From a virus (Duplodnaviria; Caudoviricetes), in IMG/VR virus record IMGVR_UViG_3300020365_000026, positions 1 to 48,623 of that record: DNA of 48,623 nucleotides, one strand, 5' to 3'. The translations under genes and the position numbers were made by a program. A model generated the notes under the pieces. That model had not been told where the DNA came from, searched no databases, and saw only the letters and a list, made by a program, of their open reading frames with translations. Every line of letters starts with the position of its first letter. Positions within the stretch are counted from its first letter, which is position 1. This document shows positions 26,360 to 37,667 of the stretch, piece after piece.

Positions 26360-29300
26360 TCGTTCCTTTGCCTGCATTTCTAATGAATCTATGTTCAGGC
26401 GTTTGTGGTACTGCAACATGCTCTGTTAAGCTCATTCCACTGTCGTTGTATGCTAATCTCAGTCCATCTCCATAATGTGAAAACTTATCCACTGTTGGAA
26501 TGTTAGTAGTTGGACCAGTATTGATTACTCTATCTCCACTTGTATGTGCTTTTGCACTGGTTCCCATTGTTCCTCTTGTACAGAACAACAGAGTGTTGTT
26601 GTCGATAGCTTGATATTCTATTCTCTCACACCCTATATAAATTACTCCAGGTACTGCTGAAAGTGTATTTGGATTATCTAATCCTGTTGCATTAGCAACG
26701 ACTATTGTAGTATCAGTTGCATTTATGTCTGTGAATAATGTTGTACATTGAGCGTCAACAATAACATTGCTTGACTGTATATCCATTGGTTGAAACTGCA
26801 TCATTCTAAATGATCTTGTATGTCCGCTATCTAAGGTCGGAGTAAGCATTGTTTGTACTGCAATACTAATATTTTCAGTAAAATCTGTTGGCACAAGTTC
26901 TTCACCCCAACCTTCACATACAGGTTGTACAAACACATTTCCGTTATAATCATCAGTTATATCAGCTTGTTGTGTAGTAAATGTACTTTCATCTATGTTA
27001 CCTACTACAGTAGTAAAACCGCCTCCGAACAATTCTAAGTCACATGCCCAATCTCTTGTGCTATGATCCTCATATTTCATAGTGATTACATTGTTTCTTT
27101 CAATATCTTCAATTTCTATATCTGTAGCATCACCATGGGTATTGCTTTCCATACTACTGAGTAATTTGGTATGGAATGGTTTAATGTCATTGACAAATTC
27201 TTCAACTGTATCAATACTATAATTCTGATATTTTGGTTTGTTTATCAACAATGGTCTTTTTACCCCTAGATGTGTGTAAGTGGTTTTAAATGCAAAATCA
27301 TCTGCTGTATTTTGTAAAATTGCTGAGAACAGTAACTTGAACCAAAGCTGGTTATATTTTACATGATGTGTACCTACAAAAATTTCTGTTCTTAGTAGAT
27401 CCATTAGTCTAGCAATAGTATTATCGCTACATGCATCAAATGGATTTACATCAAAACCAATGGCATCAAATCCGTTTCCAAACTTTGCCTGATTCCACAT
27501 TTCTTCACTTAGCTGTACCGTTGCTTTTTCTTTGTATACAAGTTTATCTTCTCCATTGATAAAGTAATACATTTCTGCTCTGTCAATATCTGCTCCTGGG
27601 CTAGATGATTTGATCAGTACATAACTACCTTCTGCTGGCTCTCCAGCATCAATGTAATCTTGTTTTGTTGTGTAAACAACGTCAGCAACAGTATTTGGAT
27701 TAAATCGATAGGTTACATTACCATTATTATCTTTCTCAATCAAATGCCAATCAACTAGGTTTACATAATCTTTTATTCTATAGGTTACTGTTCCTTCTAC
27801 AAAAGTGCTGGTGAATGCATTTTCCCAATTATTGATTTCGTCAATAACATTTACTTCACTTAACAATGAGTTTACAGTATAAACAAAGTTTTGTCTAGCT
27901 TCTTTTAAATCTCTGTATAAACTTTGTCTTGGACGTATCTGATGTCCGTATCTATTGAACTTGTGTAGCTTGAGATCTGGCACAGGTTGTCCCCTCCAAA
28001 TACGGATATCATCAATCTGTGTACCTTCAATGAAGCTGTAGTCATATATTCTACGCCAATGAGACATATCTGTGTCTGTGCTAGGAGGATTATTAATTTG
28101 ATTGTCAACCAAATTAATGTAATAATTTGCACCATCTTTCACAACTGCATCTTTATCATAAAACGTTGTGTTGTTCCAAGTAGTAAATGTTTTGTCTACA
28201 CTAAATCTATTGAATCCTGCCAAACTGTCTCGTACTTTTATATGCAAGTATTCTGGTATTGTAACATTTGGATCTTTCTCTGCTAGCATTAACCAATCTT
28301 GCATAGGAAGTGCAAGTCCAACTGATTTTTGATTTACTTGAGCTACTGTGTCAGCATTTACATAATTTGCAATATTAGTAAGCAATAAACTATCTGATCC
28401 AGCTTGAGCGGCCCAACTTACATTAAATCCTGTTGGATTTAACAATATCTGACTCAATTGAAATACATTATAATTACTGTTTCTTACACTGTTAATTTTG
28501 TTTTTTACCCAAAAGTAATATACTGTTTCTGTTTGTTTACTTGCAGTGTTGTAATAATCTTCCTGTGTCCAATTATAAACAATTTGTCCGTTGATTGTAA
28601 TACTAAATGCTTCTCCACTTGCTTGTTTTCCGTCAACTATAGTTTTTTGTGTAACAAGATTTATCCACTCTTCAGGAAGCACAGGGCTTGCTGTCCATTC
28701 GTAAATGTCAATACTAGCACCATCAAACAAACGCCCCCAGTTATTTTGCTGGTAATCAATACTGCTTTGTTCATAATCTAAATAAACTGCGGTACTGGTG
28801 TTCCACCATCTTGTACCCAAGTATTCCCTACCCCAAGCCTCAATGTTAGTAAGACCACCATCTAAGTTGTTGAAGTTGTAATTGGCAATGTCATTAGTTG
28901 TTTTGAAATCAATCTCTCTATCAACAAATCCAAATATTATTCCTTTTGCAGGGTCATAGGTTTCTAGCTGTGTAATTGTACTTTGTTTTTCAGCATCATA
29001 AAGTTTTATATGTTCTAAGAGATCATTTCTTGCTTGTACATTTCCGTCTCTTACTTTGACCCAACTGCCAATATTACCGTTAGCATCACTGAAACTACCG
29101 TCCCATTTATAAACTGCACTTACACCAGTACCGTCATCATCTACGAAAGTAAAAATTGGTCTACCGGTTAAATTTTGTCTTATTCCACTGAAATTGTATT
29201 TGTAAACATTGTTTATCTTTTGCTGGCGATCTGATTCCATTTCTATGTAGCTGGAAAATCTTACTTTTCTCAATGGATAGATATTACCTGTGTTACCATT

Positions 29301-32300
29301 GATTTCAATAAACTCGTCTATGTAAAATTTGTCAGGTCTGTCAGGACTTACTCTAACTACTTTGTGTATTCCGTCTATGTTTGGAACACTATTGCTACCT
29401 CTTATAAGAATATAATCACCAACTATCAAATTATGTGCTTGCACATCACCAGGTTGTCTACTGACTTTTATTTCTGCCTCATCAGCACTTTCAATACCAC
29501 CGCAAATATCATATGTATACATTCCAAAGTCCATGCTTTGATATACCTGATAACCTAGGTTGTAGTTGCCAAATTCACTGTCATCTGCTACCCATATACT
29601 AAAGATATTTGGATCGTTTTGATCTTCAATGAACACAGGATTTCCATTGGCATCTAGTATTGCATTGAATATTGCACTTGTTGTACTCTGCGTTGCGTTG
29701 TATGTTTGAGCTGTTAATCCTATGGTAGAATTCGCTGTACCAGATCCAATTACAAGTGTACTATTTGTGCTGGTAATTCTAACTTTGTTGTTTGCGTTAA
29801 CGGCACTAACACCGCTGATATTTGCTGTGTTAATTTGTTCTACTATATCAGTAATATTAAGTCCAATATTAGTTTGATTTGTTGTTGTAGTTGCTGGTAT
29901 TAATCCGCTAGGCAATCCTGTGCTAGCATTTGATGTACCTGCACCAATGAATAAGTTTGCTTTAGTACTGTTGATTTGTAGTACATTTGAATTATTGTCT
30001 CCTGCTTGAGCACTTATACCGCTTATTCCTGAATTGTTGATTTGCTGTATTACTTGCGTTTGTGTTAAGTTAGGTGTTGTCACTGTGGTGTTAGCACTTG
30101 CTTGTATTGTTTCAGTGGCTGTGCTAAATCCAACGTTAGTGTTTTCACTGCCTACACTAATACTTAAACTAAATGGATTAGCAGGTGTATTAGTTGTTTT
30201 GGTAAGTTTTAACCTGTTACCACTTGCACTTGCTGTAACATTGCTAATACTAGCGTCATTGATTTCCTGTACAATAGCGTTTAAATCATAAGTTTTAAAC
30301 TGTGTGCCACTTGCTACTTTGACTACAGTATTACCTGTAAATGCTGTGGATTGACCTGCGGCACTTTTCAAATAAGTTGCAATATCGGCTGTGTATGCTC
30401 CAGTATTTAAAGCATTCTGTGACGCTGAAATATCAGCAGGAGCAACTACTTGTGATCCATTTGCTACGTTTGTACCTATGTAATTTGTTGCTCTAATATT
30501 GTTAATTGCGATTAAGTCTTGGTCTAGTAAGAATTGTGCGGCTTGTTGAGTGGCGCCTCCTGCTTGTACAAGATTAACTAAATGAGCAATGTTTAATCCC
30601 GCATTGTTTGTGTAGTACGTTGTTATCCAGGTTCCCCATGCCGCGGCACTGTTAGCCGCAATGTAGTCTGTTCTCAATCCTTCAATTCTTTGAATTCGTG
30701 TAGCCGCTGTAGTGGCTATTGATGATTGATTTTGTATCCAACTAGAGTTAAAAGCATTTTCATATGCTGTTTGTGCCGTAATGTTGGTTGTAGTTGCATT
30801 GGTATCGTTGAAGTTTACAGTTGTACCATCAATAATTAATGTAGCAGTATTACTTCCTGTAATTGATGGATTAGTAACAGTACCTAATTTTGTAATATCG
30901 TTGTATACTGTTGAAGCAACACTATTTGTAAATGTAATTGTAGTTGTGATACCGCTGGATTCACCAAGTATTAATGTTGAACCGTGAGGCACAACATTGC
31001 TGTTTTTGATGTCTTGTGTACCACTTACTTTAATAGTATTTCTAGTTGAACTGTTTGCTGTTTTAATTAGTGTAATTGTATTTCCGTCTATGCTTAGTGT
31101 TTGACCACTGCTAGGAATAACCGGAAGTTGATTTGCACCAGTAACTGTAATTGGATCATCAGAGGTTGCGATACCACTACTACCATCTTCATCTAGCATG
31201 GTCCAAGTCTTACCTTGGTACAATACTTTTTCATTAAACTTGTAACTTACATTTGCGTTCCATTGTCCTATGTTCTGCCAATCACCACTGTGATCGTATG
31301 CAATTCTTATTTCTTCAGGAAATTTTGTAAAATCTTCTTTGTTAATAACTCTATAATCAGTTTCAGTTAGCAAAGGTAAACCAGAAGTTGTAAAATCTCC
31401 TGCAAACAATTCGTCACTTGAATCTTTGAATGTGTTTACTGGTCTGGTTTGAAAATTATCTTCTGTGCTATCACTTACTTTAAGTGGACTTTTGTTGTCG
31501 ATGTCAATAACAATGTCACTTAATACGTCAAATTTTTCACCTTTTGTGATTCTCACAGGTTGTGGACTTGTAACAAGCAATTCAGGAGTAATTTGAAATT
31601 CTAGTGTGCTTCTACTAGATGTATCACCGAAGTCAGCTATTCTAACAGCCCATTGCTCTAATAGTTCGGCACTTGCTTCCCCATCAAACAAACTCTGATT
31701 ACGCATAAATGCCGACAATGCATGATCGGTACCTTTGTATTTGTAACTTCCTTTTACAAATTCATACAAGCTATCATCATCTATGTCAAGTTTTGTTCCC
31801 CAACTTGGTTTATTGTAACCTGCATTGAATCTTGCTACATCACTTAGTTGGCTATTGCTTAGTGTGTTTGTTCTGCCTAAGTATTGATCCACTTCTTTAG
31901 CGGTAGTATCATAGTTAGGAAGCACTGTATTGTCATTTACAATGTATCCTGGTGAATACAATTTACCATTCCAATTTCTTGTTCTCGACCCTTGCCAAAC
32001 AATTCTTGTATGACTTTGTCCGATACTTAAATCATGCAATACATCATCAAAATTAGTAATGTTGTCAAATACAAAAATGTGTTGCAACTGCACTTTGTAT
32101 AATCTTATGCCAAATATTTCACTAGTAGTATCATCTTTAACTTGGAATGTAGTTTCACTGTCTGGCTCCATGCTTTTTCTATCAATTATAAGTTCATTAC
32201 TAGATATCTGGTTGCCACTGCGATTACTGATGTTATATACTCCATCATATTTTTTATCGATATTATCAAAGTATCCATCTGTACCATCATTTACTACAAC

Positions 32301-35300
32301 TTTTGAATCATCAGGAATAATAATTAATGTTGTGGTACTTTCTCCTACTGCCCATGTTACAAAATTGCCAGCACTGGTTCTCCATTGTTGTGTGAATCCC
32401 AACTCGTTCAAATAGTAACCATATCCATTAATAAAGTCAAAAACTTCTTGTATTGAATTTAATTCAGTATTATAATCTAATGTACTAGTTTCCTCTTCGA
32501 AAACTTTATATCTAAGCACACTTACATTAGTCACACCACTAAATGATGTTGTTATGCCATCTGTTGCTGTGTTTGGTTTATTATATTTAAAATATGCTAA
32601 ACTATTATCAAAACCGTTAATCGTATATCCGTTTGCAGTCTTATCAATTTTTATACCACCATAAAAATACTCTTTGTCTGGTTTGCTTGTGTATAGTACA
32701 GTTGTGACATTTTCTTCAGGAACAAAAACTCTTCCTTTGTCCTGACTGCTTTCTAAAATAAACTTGTTATTTCTATTAACAAAACCGCCAGCTTTAACAA
32801 TCGCTTGATAACTTAAATTATTCAATCTTGTTTTGAGTGTGTCTGCATCCATACCATAACCAACACCAAAGTTAATTATAGCATTGCTAAGTCCGTTATA
32901 ATAGTGTGTTGCATCTTCAGCCAGTATAGGATCAAGCAATGCTCCACCTGTTGCAATTTCTAACAATGGTCTGTTAAAATATTTTTGACCTTGCTTATGT
33001 ACGCTTGCTCCAACAACTTCGCCATTTTCAATATATGTCTGTATTGCTCCGCCAGTGCCAAAATTATCATTTACTGATACATCAGGAGCACTTGTATATC
33101 CACTGCCGCCTGACAGTACCCTTACACTTTCAATTATTTTTCCAGTTATACTACTACCACTAATATCAATATCTTTCCAACTTATTAGTTTCAATTCATC
33201 AATATCTATTTCTTGTGGGTGATCATAACCAGCAAGATTTTTAATTTGCCTTCTTGCAGTTCTAAAATAGTTATTAAGTACAATCAAAGGTCTTGTTCTT
33301 AAAAATGCAAGTATCATTGCAATTTTACCTTGACTACTTCTGCGCCATTCAGCTTCAACCGGACCCCAATCTCCAAAAACAAAATCTTTGGCTGGTTCAG
33401 TTGGTGTTGGAACCACACCTGCTGTCTCAGGATCATTAAGTGCGCCAAGCAATGTTACAAGTGTTTGATTGTTCCAGTCATAGTTTTTATATGAATAATT
33501 AATATCATATGTTTGATTGCTTGCACCTAAGGCTGGATCACTTGTTTGTCCATATTGTAATGCTAGCAACAATGCTTGTCTTTTTACTGCATCAGTCCAA
33601 CTGTAGTTTGCGTCCCACCAAGTTGGTTTTAAATTGTGTCCTAGCATTTCCCAAGGATGTGTATGTGGTCTATCTGTGTTAAAATAGAAATGATACAGTC
33701 CTCTCCAACCACCAATTTGTGGACCTACACTGCTATAGTTCCAAGTAAATTTGTCTGTTGCATCATAATATGTGTTGCTGTTTAGTTCTGTAATGTTGTT
33801 ATTTGCTTTATATTTGTTGAATTCACTTCTAATTGTTTCATTGACTTGACTCCAAGTATATACTGCTGGTCTGTGTGCATTTGGCATGTATGCATTCTGA
33901 TTTACAGTCAATGTCAAATCACTGCTAAGGTTATTGTAAATTCTATTTTCTAAATCCCAAAGTCCTGCATCAACAGGATCAAATCCTACTTGTTGTCTTT
34001 GAAATAGCTCAGTTCCATTGCGGACATGTACACTGCCATCGTGTCCTATTATTACATTATCTGTTGCTGTACCTGTACTGTTTTGACTATAATCGCTTCT
34101 TATCTCAGGAACAAATTGTTCCATCAATCCTAACTTTACTGCACTAGGAGGTACAAAACTTACACTTGTTCTAGGATACCATCTTATGTGTGCAAAGTTT
34201 TTACCACTGCTTGGGAAAGAATTTGCACCACCTTTGGTAATAGTGATTTTGTTTCCTGTCAATGTGTAATCTTTAAATTTAGTAAGAGCTATCCAACTGT
34301 GATATCCATTGGCGTCTGGAATTTGTATCCAAACTTGTATATGATTAAATGTATCATCATAGTTGTTTACTTCTTCTGGAAGATTAAATGTAGGAGTTTG
34401 ATTTTGAACCCAACTTACGTCTACACTTTTATAATCTCTGTACATTGCCATCTGACTGTTGCCAAAAACACTAGATTTGTTTTTACCTAAATTGAGTGCT
34501 TCCAATGTTTTATCAACAAGATGATAAACTGGTAATGTTTCATCTAAACTTTCATTTAGTTGAACAATTTTACTCTTAAATTTTTCTTTAAACTGTTCAT
34601 AATTTGCACTTGTAAACTGTAGACTGCTAAAAGGATTCGTACTTACATCTACCAATAGTTGATTAAGCAATTCAGTACTGTATGGTTGTTGCCTAATTGT
34701 ACCTCCACTTTCATGTAATTGTACAATATTTCTATAATTGTTTGTACCATGTACTTGTCCATTGAACAAAGGATTTGAAGTCATTTGTTCTGTCAGATGA
34801 TTAATCAAATCACCGTAGCTTACTTTATCAAAATTTATATTTTGTGGATTAAACTTTTGTACATCAGCAACGTCGAATTGACCTTCTCCTGTGGGAGAGT
34901 ATTTTTCATGAGTCATAAAATGGAATTCATACACATCATCTTTTATCAATCCACTTGTAATGCTAATTAGATTTCCTGTATGACTGTAGTTGGTAAAGGT
35001 ATCGCCATTTTTATAAACTTTTACATTTGTTTCATTTGGATTATCACTAAAAAATATTGTGCCAAAGTTTGCTGGATCTGCCGCAAGTCTATACTTGATA
35101 CTTGACACAGTAGGTGTACCTATCTGCAAATCAAATTGATTGCCACTGCCAGCAGTTCTTGTTATACCAGCACCTACTGGAGATCCATTTGTGTTTACAA
35201 ATTCAATTTCTGCTTGTGTAAACATTGTATTGAATGTGTAGGTATTGTTATTGTGTAAAAACAAAGTTGGAAGTTTTCCACCAATTCTGTTCACTTTTCC

Positions 35301-37667
35301 TACTGTAATATCTGTAGTAGGTTGACTGCTTATGCCGAGCAATCCAAATTCTTTGAATACATTAAAACATCTATCTCCAACAAATGCTGAATGCCCAACA
35401 TCAATTACAAGTGGATTAGCTGTGTCTGATACAACTTTTCTAATTTTCTTGTTAACTGGTTGTGCATTTCTAATTTCACTCCACATGTTGAAGTAACGAT
35501 TGTTTGTAAAATTTTTATAGTAGTAATAACCTTTTATCTCTGATTGATTACTTCTACTGCTATCGCTACTTTGTTTTACAAATGTAAATCTTTTATCTAG
35601 TATTTCACAGTGAAAATTTAAACCTGGATTGTTTCCATAGTCAACATATTCCGGATTAAATCCTAGTGCTATATCATAATCATTGTTTTGGTTATGTACA
35701 AAATCAAATAATGTTGCGCCTGCAAAATCACTGTTACTATATTTTGATTCAGTATCAATGGCTATTAAGTCTGTATCATATAGCACCACAGGCATTCCTT
35801 GGCTTCTGTGTTCTTTTTGCCTAGCATATCTCCAACCTGAATTTGTTGTACTGTCTACATATAACTCTGCTCCACTTTTTGGAGCTTCTCTTTCTCCAGC
35901 ACCATATCCGCCAATTGTCTGACTTTGTCCTGAATCAAAAGTGTTGAATCCATTGAGCAATAATATTTTTTCACCGTCATTAAGTTGTATAGCACCATTA
36001 CTGCCATCAAAATTATATCTTTCTGTAAGCGTAATACCCGAGCCTACTCCGCCTACTTCCCATATTTTATTATTGTAAGTTGCATTAGATGATCCAAAGA
36101 AAATTATTAAATCATTATCTTCAAGTTCAACAGGAACAATTTGCTCCCAATATCTATGATTGCTTCCGTGAGTAGGATTATAACTTTCTCCGTGTGCTTC
36201 TACACATTCCCAAAAAGTCACAACAAAGTTTGGAGAAGTTCCCATTGTAACTTTAACTCTTTGGCCTCTTTCGTATCCTGTACCTGCGGTCCATTCATCA
36301 CTAATGCCACTCATTATTACACTATAACTTGTTTTACCAACAATACTTGTGGCTGGATCATCTTTAGATTCTAAATAATGATCTACATTTAATTTAAAGA
36401 AAGTGCCGTTACGATATTTTTCTATACCTTTTTTATATTCAATTATTGGTCTTACAGCTCTATATCTTTCTATAGCATAGATGTTATCTGATGTACCTTG
36501 ATAGATTAAACTGTTTTCTATTGTTTGTTCATGCACCCATAAGTTACTACGGCTCCATGCACTTCTGTCAGGACCATGTCTTTGCTCAACAGTATAATCT
36601 TTTGTGGTCATTCTATGTTCTCTGAGATCAAAAGGTCTTTTGTCGAACGCAAATTCATCTGCATCAAATCCACTAGGCTCTTGGTTGTTGTAAACTGTTA
36701 CATTATTCCAAATTCTTTTGCCTTGTTTACCTTGATATTGTCCAGGTTCAAATTGTTTTGTGAAAACAATACCTTCTGGTTCACCGACGCCATCAACGAT
36801 ATAAACTGCATCATTCTCGTTATTTCCTGAAGAACTGGTTTGATAATAAGCATGTATTTCAATTTCATCAGTTAACGCTGGAGCAGTGCTAAGTGTCACT
36901 ACACCGTTAGTGACTGTAAAATCTGTGTTAATAGTTTTCTTTGTGTTATTCACATACACTAAAAATTTTACAGCGTTGGGCTCTGTACTTGTGAACACTG
37001 TATTACCAGGTACAGTTTGTGTAAATCTATCAACTGTATGTGGACAAAATCTAATTCTCATACCATTTTCTAGTGTAATGCTTCTGCCGTTAAGCATTGT
37101 AGGAGTTGTGTATGTTGTTTCACCTATAATTGTGTCAATGTCAAAGAAACTTGTATATTTTAATTCATTAGGAGGCAGTACGTCCAATACCCAAAAATAT
37201 CTGTGATGATTAATAAACATATCATAATTGATTGGTATATCTAATGTGTAGCCTTTTTCATTGAATAGTTTACTGTGATTGTTTACATTAAGTTCGTTAT
37301 AACGTAAACTGTTAATTAGATCATCATATGCTAATACTTGATCGATACTATTGTCTTGATTCTTGTTGATCATTGCTGGTGCAAATTGAAATGCATCACT
37401 TGGTTTATTCTGTAGTAGATAATCATCTTCAATACTAGGAGTAAACTTGCTGTCACCTATAGTTTCACCTACAAAATTTCTAATAGGTTCTAGATTACCG
37501 GTTGACATTAACTGTTCAAATGTGCTATCAAAAAACTGTTTATTGACTGTGGTTTGCAGAATGTCAGGTAACAAATCCGTTACTCGTCTTGATCCTGTTT
37601 TCTTTACACTTTCTCCAGGACGAGTAATCTTAGGAGCAATATATGGATTAGGTTTACGTTCGCTCAT
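26355..37667 (-). CDS. giant (3770-aa) virion/baseplate structural protein
   Basis: Uninterrupted ORF coupled to the gp6-like gene by TAATG; contains CBM5/12-like W..Y..V motifs, a GGSGYT repeat, a Thr/Asn/Ser-rich insertion and KPFHTK near the C-terminus. Confidence 0.8.
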   Translation of the reverse strand: MSERKPNPYIAPKITRPGESVKKTGSRRVTDLLPDILQTTVNKQFFDSTFEQLMSTGNLEPIRNFVGETIGDSKFTPSIEDDYLLQNKPSDAFQFAPAMINKNQDNSIDQVLAYDDLINSLRYNELNVNNHSKLFNEKGYTLDIPINYDMFINHHRYFWVLDVLPPNELKYTSFFDIDTIIGETTYTTPTMLNGRSITLENGMRIRFCPHTVDRFTQTVPGNTVFTSTEPNAVKFLVYVNNTKKTINTDFTVTNGVVTLSTAPALTDEIEIHAYYQTSSSGNNENDAVYIVDGVGEPEGIVFTKQFEPGQYQGKQGKRIWNNVTVYNNQEPSGFDADEFAFDKRPFDLREHRMTTKDYTVEQRHGPDRSAWSRSNLWVHEQTIENSLIYQGTSDNIYAIERYRAVRPIIEYKKGIEKYRNGTFFKLNVDHYLESKDDPATSIVGKTSYSVIMSGISDEWTAGTGYERGQRVKVTMGTSPNFVVTFWECVEAHGESYNPTHGSNHRYWEQIVPVELEDNDLIIFFGSSNATYNNKIWEVGGVGSGITLTERYNFDGSNGAIQLNDGEKILLLNGFNTFDSGQSQTIGGYGAGEREAPKSGAELYVDSTTNSGWRYARQKEHRSQGMPVVLYDTDLIAIDTESKYSNSDFAGATLFDFVHNQNNDYDIALGFNPEYVDYGNNPGLNFHCEILDKRFTFVKQSSDSSRSNQSEIKGYYYYKNFTNNRYFNMWSEIRNAQPVNKKIRKVVSDTANPLVIDVGHSAFVGDRCFNVFKEFGLLGISSQPTTDITVGKVNRIGGKLPTLFLHNNNTYTFNTMFTQAEIEFVNTNGSPVGAGITRTAGSGNQFDLQIGTPTVSSIKYRLAADPANFGTIFFSDNPNETNVKVYKNGDTFTNYSHTGNLISITSGLIKDDVYEFHFMTHEKYSPTGEGQFDVADVQKFNPQNINFDKVSYGDLINHLTEQMTSNPLFNGQVHGTNNYRNIVQLHESGGTIRQQPYSTELLNQLLVDVSTNPFSSLQFTSANYEQFKEKFKSKIVQLNESLDETLPVYHLVDKTLEALNLGKNKSSVFGNSQMAMYRDYKSVDVSWVQNQTPTFNLPEEVNNYDDTFNHIQVWIQIPDANGYHSWIALTKFKDYTLTGNKITITKGGANSFPSSGKNFAHIRWYPRTSVSFVPPSAVKLGLMEQFVPEIRSDYSQNSTGTATDNVIIGHDGSVHVRNGTELFQRQQVGFDPVDAGLWDLENRIYNNLSSDLTLTVNQNAYMPNAHRPAVYTWSQVNETIRSEFNKYKANNNITELNSNTYYDATDKFTWNYSSVGPQIGGWRGLYHFYFNTDRPHTHPWEMLGHNLKPTWWDANYSWTDAVKRQALLLALQYGQTSDPALGASNQTYDINYSYKNYDWNNQTLVTLLGALNDPETAGVVPTPTEPAKDFVFGDWGPVEAEWRRSSQGKIAMILAFLRTRPLIVLNNYFRTARRQIKNLAGYDHPQEIDIDELKLISWKDIDISGSSITGKIIESVRVLSGGSGYTSAPDVSVNDNFGTGGAIQTYIENGEVVGASVHKQGQKYFNRPLLEIATGGALLDPILAEDATHYYNGLSNAIINFGVGYGMDADTLKTRLNNLSYQAIVKAGGFVNRNNKFILESSQDKGRVFVPEENVTTVLYTSKPDKEYFYGGIKIDKTANGYTINGFDNSLAYFKYNKPNTATDGITTSFSGVTNVSVLRYKVFEEETSTLDYNTELNSIQEVFDFINGYGYYLNELGFTQQWRTSAGNFVTWAVGESTTTLIIIPDDSKVVVNDGTDGYFDNIDKKYDGVYNISNRSGNQISSNELIIDRKSMEPDSETTFQVKDDTTSEIFGIRLYKVQLQHIFVFDNITNFDDVLHDLSIGQSHTRIVWQGSRTRNWNGKLYSPGYIVNDNTVLPNYDTTAKEVDQYLGRTNTLSNSQLSDVARFNAGYNKPSWGTKLDIDDDSLYEFVKGSYKYKGTDHALSAFMRNQSLFDGEASAELLEQWAVRIADFGDTSSRSTLEFQITPELLVTSPQPVRITKGEKFDVLSDIVIDIDNKSPLKVSDSTEDNFQTRPVNTFKDSSDELFAGDFTTSGLPLLTETDYRVINKEDFTKFPEEIRIAYDHSGDWQNIGQWNANVSYKFNEKVLYQGKTWTMLDEDGSSGIATSDDPITVTGANQLPVIPSSGQTLSIDGNTITLIKTANSSTRNTIKVSGTQDIKNSNVVPHGSTLILGESSGITTTITFTNSVASTVYNDITKLGTVTNPSITGSNTATLIIDGTTVNFNDTNATTTNITAQTAYENAFNSSWIQNQSSIATTAATRIQRIEGLRTDYIAANSAAAWGTWITTYYTNNAGLNIAHLVNLVQAGGATQQAAQFLLDQDLIAINNIRATNYIGTNVANGSQVVAPADISASQNALNTGAYTADIATYLKSAAGQSTAFTGNTVVKVASGTQFKTYDLNAIVQEINDASISNVTASASGNRLKLTKTTNTPANPFSLSISVGSENTNVGFSTATETIQASANTTVTTPNLTQTQVIQQINNSGISGISAQAGDNNSNVLQINSTKANLFIGAGTSNASTGLPSGLIPATTTTNQTNIGLNITDIVEQINTANISGVSAVNANNKVRITSTNSTLVIGSGTANSTIGLTAQTYNATQSTTSAIFNAILDANGNPVFIEDQNDPNIFSIWVADDSEFGNYNLGYQVYQSMDFGMYTYDICGGIESADEAEIKVSRQPGDVQAHNLIVGDYILIRGSNSVPNIDGIHKVVRVSPDRPDKFYIDEFIEINGNTGNIYPLRKVRFSSYIEMESDRQQKINNVYKYNFSGIRQNLTGRPIFTFVDDDGTGVSAVYKWDGSFSDANGNIGSWVKVRDGNVQARNDLLEHIKLYDAEKQSTITQLETYDPAKGIIFGFVDREIDFKTTNDIANYNFNNLDGGLTNIEAWGREYLGTRWWNTSTAVYLDYEQSSIDYQQNNWGRLFDGASIDIYEWTASPVLPEEWINLVTQKTIVDGKQASGEAFSITINGQIVYNWTQEDYYNTASKQTETVYYFWVKNKINSVRNSNYNVFQLSQILLNPTGFNVSWAAQAGSDSLLLTNIANYVNADTVAQVNQKSVGLALPMQDWLMLAEKDPNVTIPEYLHIKVRDSLAGFNRFSVDKTFTTWNNTTFYDKDAVVKDGANYYINLVDNQINNPPSTDTDMSHWRRIYDYSFIEGTQIDDIRIWRGQPVPDLKLHKFNRYGHQIRPRQSLYRDLKEARQNFVYTVNSLLSEVNVIDEINNWENAFTSTFVEGTVTYRIKDYVNLVDWHLIEKDNNGNVTYRFNPNTVADVVYTTKQDYIDAGEPAEGSYVLIKSSSPGADIDRAEMYYFINGEDKLVYKEKATVQLSEEMWNQAKFGNGFDAIGFDVNPFDACSDNTIARLMDLLRTEIFVGTHHVKYNQLWFKLLFSAILQNTADDFAFKTTYTHLGVKRPLLINKPKYQNYSIDTVEEFVNDIKPFHTKLLSSMESNTHGDATDIEIEDIERNNVITMKYEDHSTRDWACDLELFGGGFTTVVGNIDESTFTTQQADITDDYNGNVFVQPVCEGWGEELVPTDFTENISIAVQTMLTPTLDSGHTRSFRMMQFQPMDIQSSNVIVDAQCTTLFTDINATDTTIVVANATGLDNPNTLSAVPGVIYIGCERIEYQAIDNNTLLFCTRGTMGTSAKAHTSGDRVINTGPTTNIPTVDKFSHYGDGLRLAYNDSGMSLTEHVAVPQTPEHRFIRNAGKGTI

